From: an uncultured delta proteobacterium
GTDB taxonomy: Bacteria > Myxococcota_A > Polyangia > Haliangiales > Haliangiaceae
Reading direction: 5' to 3'
DNA: 64,000 nt
Assembly (NCBI GenBank): GCA_963848295.1
Contig: CAWKDB010000010.1
Span: 1,376,001-1,440,000, forward strand
Positions 36,374-44,591 of the stretch are shown one piece after another. Numbering within the stretch: position 1 is the stretch's first letter; every line of letters starts with the position of its first letter. The translations under genes were made by a program, and so were the position numbers. The notes under the pieces were generated by a model. That model did not search any database, was not told the origin of the DNA, and saw only the letters and a list, made by a program, of their open reading frames with translations.

Positions 36374-38442
36374 GATTCCCTCCGATTGCCGCCGACGAGC
36401 TCGAGCTTGCCCGAGAGCTTCACCTCGTAACCCGCGCGCAACATGAGCTTGCCGCTCGGGGGAACCGCGACGCGCCAGCGATAGCCGCCCCGCAAGCGCC
36501 GTTCGCCGGGCGCATCGGGCTCGGGTGCCCATTTCTCCCACGCCGGCTCGACCTTGCCGATCGCGAGCTCGACATCGCTGTCGCCTTCGCGGACGGTCGG
36601 CACGCGCTCGCGCACGTCGAGATCGATCGCGCGCGGCGACAAGTTCTCGACCTCGATCGCGATCGCGTGGATCAGCCGCAACCCGCCGCGCAACACGCCG
36701 GCGGTTTCTTCCCGGTACTCCGCGTTGCGCGCGATCTTGATCGTCGGGTCGACACCGAGCCCGATCTCGACGCTGGCGCCCGGCGGCGTGAAGTCGATCG
36801 TGCTCGTGACGAGGAACCGCCCGCGCTCGTACACGTCGATCGGCCCGGGCAACAGCGGTCCGGCGAGCTCGTTCGAGATCACCGCGATCCGAAACACGTC
36901 GGCTTGCTCGCGCGGCACCGCGACGTGGCGCTGCTTCGTCGCGGCAGGCGCCGCCGACAACGCGATCGACGACCACGCGCTGTCGGAGCGCACGTCGACC
37001 ACACCGTCGCTCGCGAATGCGTAGTCGTAGGCATGCGACCACTCGGTAGCGCTGCCCGGTGGCGGCACGAGCTGGTCGAGCGCGACCGCGGCATCGACGA
37101 GCGCCGCGAACGCATCGTGATCGATCACCGGCGGTGCCGCGACGAGCTGGCCGCGCTGGGCCGAGCCCGTCGGTGCCATGCGCAGCGCGGAGTAGTCGAG
37201 CCGCGGCGTTGGCGGGCTCGGCTCGCGCACGACCGGTGCCGACTCCTCGAGCTCGGGTCCACCATAGGCCGGCATCGACGGCGCTGGAGCGGCCGCCGGT
37301 GCACCGGCCCGGCGCGCCTGGACGCGGCCTTCGGTCCGAATCGCGCGCGACTCCTCGCCGAGCTCCTGCACCGACGAGTCTTCGTCCCAGGTCTCCGACC
37401 GCAGAAGGCCGAGCGCCATCGCCTCCCCCGGCGCCGTACCCTGGCGCGGCGCGGTCGGCGCGCGGCCCTCGTACGTCGAGTCGTCGAACGGCGGCTCGTT
37501 CGAGAACCGCTCCGCGATCCGGGCGGGAAACGCGCGATCGTAGTCCGCGAACAGCTCCGCGCTGCCGATCGGCGGCGGGCGAAACCCGGTGCGCGCCTGT
37601 GCCGCCTGACGCTTACCGATCTTCTGCGGCGCGAGCTCGGGCAACGGCGCGAAGCGATCCGGCAACGCGGTCGACAGCTGGATCGCGACCGCGGCCCAGT
37701 CCTCGCCGGTCGCTTGCGCGACGACGGCGCGGAGCTCGAGTCGACTCGACTCGCCATCGAGGCGCACGACGTAGCTCGGCGCCCACTTCGCGGCGGTGAC
37801 GCGGTACTCGATCGACACGACGAGCTCGCCGGTCGTCGCGGCGCTCGACAGCTCGAGCTCGATGAACTTGCGCGCCTCGTGCAGCTTCGCGGCCCGCGCG
37901 GTGCCCGCGCGGAGCTCGCGATCGGCGACGGCTTCGTACGCGAGGTTAGCGTCCTCGACTTCGCGTCGCGCGGTCGATAGCCGTTCGCGCAGCGCGAGCT
38001 CGCGCGCCGCTCGCAGCTCGACGACGCTGCGCCGCGCCGTGACAATCGCGGCCCACGGCGCCGGCGCCTCGTCGACCGTCGACCGCTGCACGACCGGTGC
38101 CCCGCCGAGCCGATCGAGCGCCTGGCTCAGCCGCTCGACCTCGCTCGTCGCGAGTGCGACCCGGCGCCTGGCCGCGACGCGCTCCGGCGACTGCTCGTCC
38201 GCGGCAGCAGGCGCTGCACCGGTCGCGAGCCCGACGCGCACCGCGGTCGCGAGCCCTCCGCCTTCGACCTCGGCGCGCACGCTATCGTCGGCGAGCGAGA
38301 GCGGCAGATCGGTGAACCGCACGACCGCCGGAAATGGCGCGGCGACTCGCGCGACCCGGTGCACCCGCGCCCCCACCGCATACACCGTCACTCGATCGAT
38401 TCGCGACTCGACATCGCGTCGGTCCACCGCGAACTCCACCAT
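36370..38442 (-). CDS. DUF4140/DUF4139 protein, paralog
   Basis: SRIDRVTVY..GA.V.R, Y....W.PSY, QATGEDW, LLPGP.DVY, GLGVD, VRERVP. Confidence 0.9.
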   Translation of the reverse strand: MVEFAVDRRDVESRIDRVTVYAVGARVHRVARVAAPFPAVVRFTDLPLSLADDSVRAEVEGGGLATAVRVGLATGAAPAAADEQSPERVAARRRVALATSEVERLSQALDRLGGAPVVQRSTVDEAPAPWAAIVTARRSVVELRAARELALRERLSTARREVEDANLAYEAVADRELRAGTARAAKLHEARKFIELELSSAATTGELVVSIEYRVTAAKWAPSYVVRLDGESSRLELRAVVAQATGEDWAAVAIQLSTALPDRFAPLPELAPQKIGKRQAAQARTGFRPPPIGSAELFADYDRAFPARIAERFSNEPPFDDSTYEGRAPTAPRQGTAPGEAMALGLLRSETWDEDSSVQELGEESRAIRTEGRVQARRAGAPAAAPAPSMPAYGGPELEESAPVVREPSPPTPRLDYSALRMAPTGSAQRGQLVAAPPVIDHDAFAALVDAAVALDQLVPPPGSATEWSHAYDYAFASDGVVDVRSDSAWSSIALSAAPAATKQRHVAVPREQADVFRIAVISNELAGPLLPGPIDVYERGRFLVTSTIDFTPPGASVEIGLGVDPTIKIARNAEYREETAGVLRGGLRLIHAIAIEVENLSPRAIDLDVRERVPTVREGDSDVELAIGKVEPAWEKWAPEPDAPGERRLRGGYRWRVAVPPSGKLMLRAGYEVKLSGKLELVGGNRRES

Positions 38443-38446
38443 ACCG

Positions 38447-40081
38447 CTACGCTAGCAGCTTGGTGTCTTCGAGCGGAGCGTCCGCGACCTGATCGACACC
38501 GTTCAGCGCGAATCGCCGCGCCGCCGCCGCCGCGCGTGGCCCGTGACCGTGACCGAGGCACCATTGCGCGTGCTCGGTGACCAGCGCGAGCTCCAACGCG
38601 CGGCCGAGCGTCAACGCGAACCGGCGCGCACCGGCCTCGAGACGATCGGGCTTCGTCATCGCCTCGGCGATCCACGCGCGCGCGCTGCGGATCGCGCCGC
38701 GCGCTGTCTCGCGCGGTGCCGCCAGGCTCGCATCGGTCGCAGCGGCGCAGCAACGCTCGACCTCGCCGGCGAGCGCGTCAAACGCTCCGCCCTTGCCGAG
38801 CGCGCGCAGGGTGTCGAGCGACAGCACGTTCGTCGTGCCTTCCCAGATCGGCAGGACCTGCGCGTCCGCGAGGATCCGCGGCAGCCCGGTGTCCTCGATG
38901 TAGCCGGCACCGCCGCACGCCTCGATCGCCTCGGACGTCACGGCGACGGCTTGCTTCGCGGTCGTCAGCTTCGCGATCGGCACGAGCGAGCGCTCGAGCA
39001 GCTCGTTCGCTTCCCCGCCGCGCTCGCGCGCGCCGATCAGCGCGGCGCTGCGAAACGCGAGGCAGAACGCGCCGGCGTACTCGGCCTCGAGCCCGGCGAG
39101 CGTATCGGCGTGCAGCGGCTTGTCGACGAGCAGCGCGCCGAACGCGGTCCGGCGCCGCGCGTAGTCGCGAGCGAGCGCCAGGCCGCGGCGCATCGCCGAC
39201 GCCGAGTTGATCGCGTTCCACGTCCGCGTGATCGCGAGCATCGGGGTGATCGCGCGCACGCCGCCCTCGAGCTGACCGACGAGCATCGCCGGCGTGCCTT
39301 CGAGCGTGAGCTCCGCGGTCGGCACCTTGCGGGTCCCGAGCTTGTCCTTGAGGCGATTGACGAGGATGTTGCGCAGTCGACCATCGCCGTCGCGCAGCTC
39401 GATGGCGAACAGCGCGAGGCCGCGGCTGCCATCCGCGTTGCCTTCGGGCCGCGCGAGCGCGAGCGCGAGCTGGCCGGTCGTCGCCGACGTGAACCACTTC
39501 GTGCCGTACAACCGCCAACCATCGCCGTCGCGCTTCGCGATCGTCTCGGTGTGCGATACGTCGGAGCCGCCGCTGCGCTCGGTCATCCACTGCCCGCTCG
39601 TCCACATCTGCGCCGGATCGCGCGACGTCAGCCGCGGCACGTAGCGATCGATGAGGTCGCGATTGCCGCTGTCGAGCAGCGTGCGGGCGGCGCCGTCGGT
39701 CATCGCGAGCGGGCACGAATAGACGTCGAGCGACGGCCCGAGCACGTGCGCGATCGCGAACTGGTGCGTGCGCGCGTGGACGCCGTAGGTCGGCTCGTAG
39801 CCGGCGGCGACCATGCCGTGGCGCGCGGCGAGCACCTGCGCCTCGCGCCACAACGGCGAGACCTCGATGCGATCGACGCGATTGCCCCACGCATCCCACT
39901 GCGTGAGCACCGGCTCGTTCGCGCGATCGAGTAGCTGCTTGCCGTAGTGCTCGATCGCGAGCTCGCCGAGCTGGCGCAATTCCCCAGCGGCCTCGGGGGC
40001 GAACCGCGCGATCCACGAGACGAGCAGCGGATCGTCATCGAATTGGTTGCCGAGGCGAGGCGGCTCTTGGAAGAACGGCAT
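38447..40081 (-). CDS. Acyl-CoA dehydrogenase, AidB-like subfamily
   Basis: CPLAMTDGA, SGQWMTERSGGSDV, GTKWFTS, RLKDKLG...PTAE, GGAGYIED, IWEGTTNV. Confidence 0.93.
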   Translation of the reverse strand: MPFFQEPPRLGNQFDDDPLLVSWIARFAPEAAGELRQLGELAIEHYGKQLLDRANEPVLTQWDAWGNRVDRIEVSPLWREAQVLAARHGMVAAGYEPTYGVHARTHQFAIAHVLGPSLDVYSCPLAMTDGAARTLLDSGNRDLIDRYVPRLTSRDPAQMWTSGQWMTERSGGSDVSHTETIAKRDGDGWRLYGTKWFTSATTGQLALALARPEGNADGSRGLALFAIELRDGDGRLRNILVNRLKDKLGTRKVPTAELTLEGTPAMLVGQLEGGVRAITPMLAITRTWNAINSASAMRRGLALARDYARRRTAFGALLVDKPLHADTLAGLEAEYAGAFCLAFRSAALIGARERGGEANELLERSLVPIAKLTTAKQAVAVTSEAIEACGGAGYIEDTGLPRILADAQVLPIWEGTTNVLSLDTLRALGKGGAFDALAGEVERCCAAATDASLAAPRETARGAIRSARAWIAEAMTKPDRLEAGARRFALTLGRALELALVTEHAQWCLGHGHGPRAAAAARRFALNGVDQVADAPLEDTKLLA

Positions 40082-40111
40082 GGCGCGAAGCTACCGCGGT
40101 AAGCTGCGCGC
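40082..40111. promoter_or_regulatory. Back-to-back -10-like hexamers for divergent, probably leaderless genes
   Basis: TAGCTT (minus, 40088-40093) and TAAGCT (plus, 40100-40105), each exactly 6 nt from its start codon. Confidence 0.55.
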
Positions 40112-40867
40112 GTGAACCTCCTGCTCGTCGAGCCCGCGGAGATCGCCGCCGATGGCACGTGCGCGCTCACCGGCCGTCGGGCCGAGCATCTGCGGCGGGT
40201 GCTCGGCGTCGAGGTCGGTTCGCAGGTCAAGGCCGGCATCGTCGGGGGCCTGGTCGGCAGCGCCGAGGTCATCGCCGACGATGGCGAGCGGATCGCGCTG
40301 CGGCTGACCACGACCACGCCGGCGGCGCGACCGCTCGACGTCGAGCTCGTGCTCGCGATCCCGCGGCCGAAGGCGATCGCGCGCGCGATCGAGACGTGCG
40401 CGACCTTCGCGATCCGCCGCGTCGATCTGACGAACGCGTGGCGAGTCGACAAGAGCTACCTGCGATCGCCGCGGCTCGCGCCGGATGTGCTCGCCCACGC
40501 GGCGCGGCTCGGCGCCGAGCAGGGCGCGACAACGCATCTGCCCGAGCTCGCGGTCCACGACCGGCTGATGGCGCTGCTCGAGGCGCGGTTTCCAAGCGCG
40601 ACCGGCGCGGTCCGGCTCGTCGCACATCCCGGCGCGCCGCCGATCGAGACCGCGGTCTCGGGCACGGCGCCGGTGACGCTCGCGATCGGGCCCGAAGGTG
40701 GCTGGATCGATCGCGAGCTCGCGACGCTCGCCGAGCGCGGGTTCATACCGGTGTCGCTCGGCGCGCCGATCCTGCGGGTCGAGGCCGCGATCGCGGCGGC
40801 GCTCGCGCAGATCACGCTGCTCCACCGGCTGCGGCCCCAGTTACAACGTGTAACAAACTCGCATTAA
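40112..40867 (+). CDS. rsmE: 16S rRNA (uracil1498-N3)-methyltransferase
   Basis: HLRRVL, LAIPRPK, AEQG, AIGPEGGW, SLG.PILRVE.A. Confidence 0.92.
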   Translation: MNLLLVEPAEIAADGTCALTGRRAEHLRRVLGVEVGSQVKAGIVGGLVGSAEVIADDGERIALRLTTTTPAARPLDVELVLAIPRPKAIARAIETCATFAIRRVDLTNAWRVDKSYLRSPRLAPDVLAHAARLGAEQGATTHLPELAVHDRLMALLEARFPSATGAVRLVAHPGAPPIETAVSGTAPVTLAIGPEGGWIDRELATLAERGFIPVSLGAPILRVEAAIAAALAQITLLHRLRPQLQRVTNSH

Positions 40868-40905
40868 CGCGCGACTCATGGCTCGTGCGAGCGTCTGTAC
40901 CGTCG

Positions 40906-42093
40906 ATGTTCATCGTCTTTGGTACGCGGAATTACGGCCGGATCGAGTCTCACGGCGGCGAGTACGCGCACACCACGTTCGCGCACTGCCAATACATGCC
41001 GTTGATCCCGATGAGCTCGACCTGGGTGACCGAAGACGTCGGAGCGGGCCTTCGAGGCTTCGCGATCCCGCTCTCCGCGAAGAGCGTCGTTGCGGGATAC
41101 CTGCGGATGTGGGGGCTGATTGCAGCTGCGATCTCGCTGCTCATCGGTGGGCTCGGTGGCACTGTCACGGCTGCGGTACTCGGAGCGCTGTGGCTGTGGG
41201 CGTGGGCGTGCCGGTGGCAGCGCGGATCGCGGCGCAGCGACTTCTCGTTGATCGCGTTCGGCACGCGCTGCCCGCCCGAGCGCATGCCGATCGAGATGCG
41301 CGCCGACCTCCGGCAGGCGCTCGAATCAGCTTGGCGCGACCTCGCGACGACGCGATCCCCCGAAGACATCGCGGCGTACGGCCCGCAGTCGACGACCGAG
41401 GCGGTGCTCGCGTTCGGCTTGCTCGAGCTCGCGGCACTCACCGGGCAGTCGGGGGCTGCCGCCGCGGCGAGTCGCATTCTGCGCGGCACACATGAACTGC
41501 TGCCGGAGGGTGATGGTCCGTACCGCAGCGGGGCGCGTACGATCGCGGACGATGTGCACGCGAAGGTGGCTGCGGCTGCCGGTGCGCGAGTCGCAGCGGT
41601 CGCCGCCGCGCGCGCGAAACGCGGATACGGCTGGCTCGCCACCGTCGCCGCGCTCGGCGTCATCGCGTCCGCTGTCGGCGTCATCGAACTGGGACCCGCG
41701 TTGCTCGGTACGACCCACATCGGCCACGCCGAGCTCACGCGCGGCAACGAGTCGACCAGGTTCGTTCAGGTCACGTGCGACTCGCTCGAGGTGATCGGTG
41801 AGTTCTCGGCGAGCGAACCGGTTCGGTCGTGCGCGATCGGCAACCGCGAGCTCGCGGTGGTCGGTGAGGTCGGCGGCCACGTCGTCGGCAAGCTGAAGCA
41901 CATGGGGGGGAGCAACGACCACTATGCTTGGCCGCCCGACATCGACGGCAACACGCCGTTCTACGACGTCTACCTCGAGGCCGAGAGTCCGTGCGGCGGT
42001 CAGATCGGCGCGATCGCTTCGATCCTCGTGCTCGCGGTGTGCGGTGGTGGCTTGCTGGTGCGCTGGCGCCGACGCCGCCGAGCAGCGGCGTAG
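40906..42093 (+). CDS. Hypothetical membrane protein
   Basis: Likely start MFIVFGTRNYG...T.F.H..Y.PLIP..S; several TM segments; GPYR linker. Confidence 0.8.
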   Translation: MFIVFGTRNYGRIESHGGEYAHTTFAHCQYMPLIPMSSTWVTEDVGAGLRGFAIPLSAKSVVAGYLRMWGLIAAAISLLIGGLGGTVTAAVLGALWLWAWACRWQRGSRRSDFSLIAFGTRCPPERMPIEMRADLRQALESAWRDLATTRSPEDIAAYGPQSTTEAVLAFGLLELAALTGQSGAAAAASRILRGTHELLPEGDGPYRSGARTIADDVHAKVAAAAGARVAAVAAARAKRGYGWLATVAALGVIASAVGVIELGPALLGTTHIGHAELTRGNESTRFVQVTCDSLEVIGEFSASEPVRSCAIGNRELAVVGEVGGHVVGKLKHMGGSNDHYAWPPDIDGNTPFYDVYLEAESPCGGQIGAIASILVLAVCGGGLLVRWRRRRRAAA

Positions 42094-43119
42094 TCAGAGC
42101 ACGAGGCACGCATCGCCGAGCTCGTGCGCCGACAAGTGATGCGCGGCCGCGACATCGAGCGCTACGAGCAAGCGGTTGCGCGGCGCGAACGCGCGCAGCA
42201 GCTCGAAGTGGCTCTCGCCCGGGGCGTGCAGGCCGCTGACGATGCCGTCGACGACACCCAGCGTCGACTCGGGACCGAGCCGCAGCGTCGCGACGCCGGG
42301 GCCGGGGCTGCCACCCGACGCCTCGAGCGCGCGCACTACCGTCGTGCCGATCGCGATGACTCGGCCCCCGCGTGCCTTCGCAGCGACGAGCTCGCGCGCA
42401 GTTCGCTCGGGAACCTCGTAGCGCTCCGGCCATGGCAACGCGCGATCGAGCGCGGCGTCACCGGTCGAGCTCAGGCCCGCGGCGTGGGTCAGCCTCGCGA
42501 GCGAGACGCCCGCGCGACGCAGCCCGAGCAGCACCTCCCAGGTCAGCGAGCGGCCGGCCGATGGCATCTCTGCCGCCCACGGCCGCGCGGCGTACGCGGT
42601 TTGCACCGACCACAGCGGCAGCAGCTCGGGGCGATGTGCGTACTGCACCGGCGCGCCGTGCGCGTACAGCGCCTGCCACAGGGCATCGCCGTCGCGTTCG
42701 GCGTCGAGCGCGACGAGCCGACCATCGGCACTCGCGACCTCGGCGATGATGCCGCCGACCGTGACGTGCTCGCCGCGCCGCAATGCGGGCGGCGGTGGGC
42801 GGTGCTCGGTGCGCGTGTGATAGTCGCCGGCGCCGAGCAACACGCCGGTCAGGCGCACGCCGTCGATCGGGCCGGCGAGCCGGAGCTCGAATGCTGCACC
42901 GTCGGCGGTGTGACCGTGGAGCAATGCCGGCAACGTCGCCGCATCGTTGACGACGACGAGGTCGCCGGCGCGCAACCACTGCGGCAGTGCCGCGAAGTCG
43001 GTAACGCGAATCGCGGGGCGGGCTCGATCCACGACGACCAAGCGCGCGAGCGGGCGCGGGACCTCGGCGGAGCTCAGCGACGGCACCTCGACGCTCGACA
43101 GTGCGAGCGCCGCGGTCAT
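42094..43119 (-). CDS. QueA-family (SAM:tRNA ribosyltransferase-isomerase-like) paralog
   Basis: GDLVVVND, QTAYA.RP..AEMPSAG, LTHAAG, RVIAIGTTVVRALE, SGLH, HELGD. Confidence 0.88.
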   Translation of the reverse strand: MTAALALSSVEVPSLSSAEVPRPLARLVVVDRARPAIRVTDFAALPQWLRAGDLVVVNDAATLPALLHGHTADGAAFELRLAGPIDGVRLTGVLLGAGDYHTRTEHRPPPPALRRGEHVTVGGIIAEVASADGRLVALDAERDGDALWQALYAHGAPVQYAHRPELLPLWSVQTAYAARPWAAEMPSAGRSLTWEVLLGLRRAGVSLARLTHAAGLSSTGDAALDRALPWPERYEVPERTARELVAAKARGGRVIAIGTTVVRALEASGGSPGPGVATLRLGPESTLGVVDGIVSGLHAPGESHFELLRAFAPRNRLLVALDVAAAHHLSAHELGDACLVL

Positions 43120-43850
43120 GGCTGCCACGCCGGCGCGACGAGGCGCGCTCCGCTCGGTGCGCGCACCGGATCCGCGATCATCGCGACGATCCGCGCCGCG
43201 ACGTCGGCCGGTCGCTGCAGCGCGTTGCGATCGGCGTCGGGGATCGCGTCCGCATGCATCTTCGTGTCCATCTCGCCCGGATCGACGGCGAGCACCCGAA
43301 CGCCGGTGCCGTCGAGCTCGGCCGCGAGGATCCGGCTCAGGTGATCCTGCGCGGCCTTCGCGATCCCGTACGCACCCCAGCGCGGATACGGTTCGATCGC
43401 GGCATCGGAGCTGATGTGAACGATCACGCCGTCGCCGCGCAGCGCCATCGCGCCGGCGAGGATCTTCGTGAGCCGGAACGGGCCGACCAGGTTCGTCTCG
43501 AGCACGGCGGCGAGGTCTTCGCATTCGGTGTCGAGCAAGAGGCGCAGCGGGACCGGACCGAGCATGCTCGCGGCGTGGACCGCGATCGCGATCTCGCCGA
43601 CGAGGCCCTGCGCTTGCCCTGCGATGCGATGGATCGCGGCCTTGTCACTGATGTCGGCCGCGATCGCGTGCGCGTCACCGCCGTTGTTACGGATCGTCCC
43701 GACGACGTCGGCGAGCGGCCCGGCTTCGCGCGCGACGAGCGCGACCTTGGCCCCGCGCCGCGCGAGCAGCTCGGCGATCGCCCGCCCGAGGCCGCGGCTC
43801 GCTCCGGTCACCAACGCCGCTCTGCCTGCGAAGTCTTCTTCGGTAGTCAT
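43116..43850 (-). CDS. SDR family oxidoreductase
   Basis: TGASRGLG, ISSDAA, YGIAK, VDPGEMDT.MH; ATGA-coupled to the QueA-like gene. Confidence 0.93.
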   Translation of the reverse strand: MTTEEDFAGRAALVTGASRGLGRAIAELLARRGAKVALVAREAGPLADVVGTIRNNGGDAHAIAADISDKAAIHRIAGQAQGLVGEIAIAVHAASMLGPVPLRLLLDTECEDLAAVLETNLVGPFRLTKILAGAMALRGDGVIVHISSDAAIEPYPRWGAYGIAKAAQDHLSRILAAELDGTGVRVLAVDPGEMDTKMHADAIPDADRNALQRPADVAARIVAMIADPVRAPSGARLVAPAWQP

Positions 43851-43920
43851 GACGTCACGGTAACCACGCTGCGCCAAACCGTCATCATCTGCGCTATTAT
43901 ATTGGCAGGAGGTTAGCCCG

Positions 43921-44475
43921 TTGCCCCGAGAACCCGACCACCTCGCCGATAACATCAAGGCGCTGCGCGAGACCCGCGGGCTGTCGCAACAGCAGATCGC
44001 GAAGGCGGCCGGCATTCCGCGCGCGACCTGGACTCACCTCGAGTCGGGCGCCGCGAACCCGACGCTCGCGGTGCTCGTCAAGGTCGCGAACAGTCTGCAA
44101 GTTCGGCTCGACGAGCTGCTGGCGGCGCCGCGGCAACCCGCCCGGCTGATCCGCGCGGACGAGCTACCGACCCGGCAGCGCGGCGACGTCGCGATCCGCA
44201 AGCTGCTCCCCGAGCCCCTGCCCGGGCTCGATCTCGAGCGCATGGTGCTGCCGCCGGGTGCGCGGATGGCCGGCGTCCCACACACGCCGGGCACGCGCGA
44301 GTATCTGACGTGCGAGCGCGGCAGTGTCGAGCTCGCGGTCGCGGGCGAGCGCTACACGCTGCGCGAGGGTGACGTCGTGACGTTCCGCGGCGATCAGCGC
44401 CACGGCTATCACAACCCGGGCAGCGCGACGGCGGTCGCTTACTCGGCGATCGCGTTCGCGCCGGTCACCGCCTAG
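43921..44475 (+). CDS. XRE-family HTH plus cupin transcriptional regulator
   Basis: HTH_3 (LSQQQIA...LESG.ANPT), cupin H..GTREY...GD...F.GD..H.Y.N; AGGAGG upstream. Confidence 0.92.
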   Translation: MPREPDHLADNIKALRETRGLSQQQIAKAAGIPRATWTHLESGAANPTLAVLVKVANSLQVRLDELLAAPRQPARLIRADELPTRQRGDVAIRKLLPEPLPGLDLERMVLPPGARMAGVPHTPGTREYLTCERGSVELAVAGERYTLREGDVVTFRGDQRHGYHNPGSATAVAYSAIAFAPVTA

Positions 44476-44591
44476 GTTGACAAAGTGAACACCGTCCCCA
44501 GCTAACCGCGCAGAATCTATGGGTCAGGCCGCGGGGCGCGGTTGACAAAGTGAACACCGTCCCCCCGGCTTAGAATTTATAGGTGAGGCCG
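44475..44591. repeat. Tandem direct repeat with two exact 25-bp copies
   Basis: GGTTGACAAAGTGAACACCGTCCCC at 44475-44499 and 44540-44564; 44511-44531 matches 44571-44591 at 17/21. Confidence 0.9.

Noticed and set aside
43057..43101. Short LSSxEVP duplication at the QueA-like N-terminus
   Set aside because: Two degenerate 24-nt units in a variable terminus; no sign of function.
44475..44564. Mini CRISPR array
   Set aside because: Only two repeats, no cas genes in the window, and the spacer is a diverged copy of adjacent sequence.
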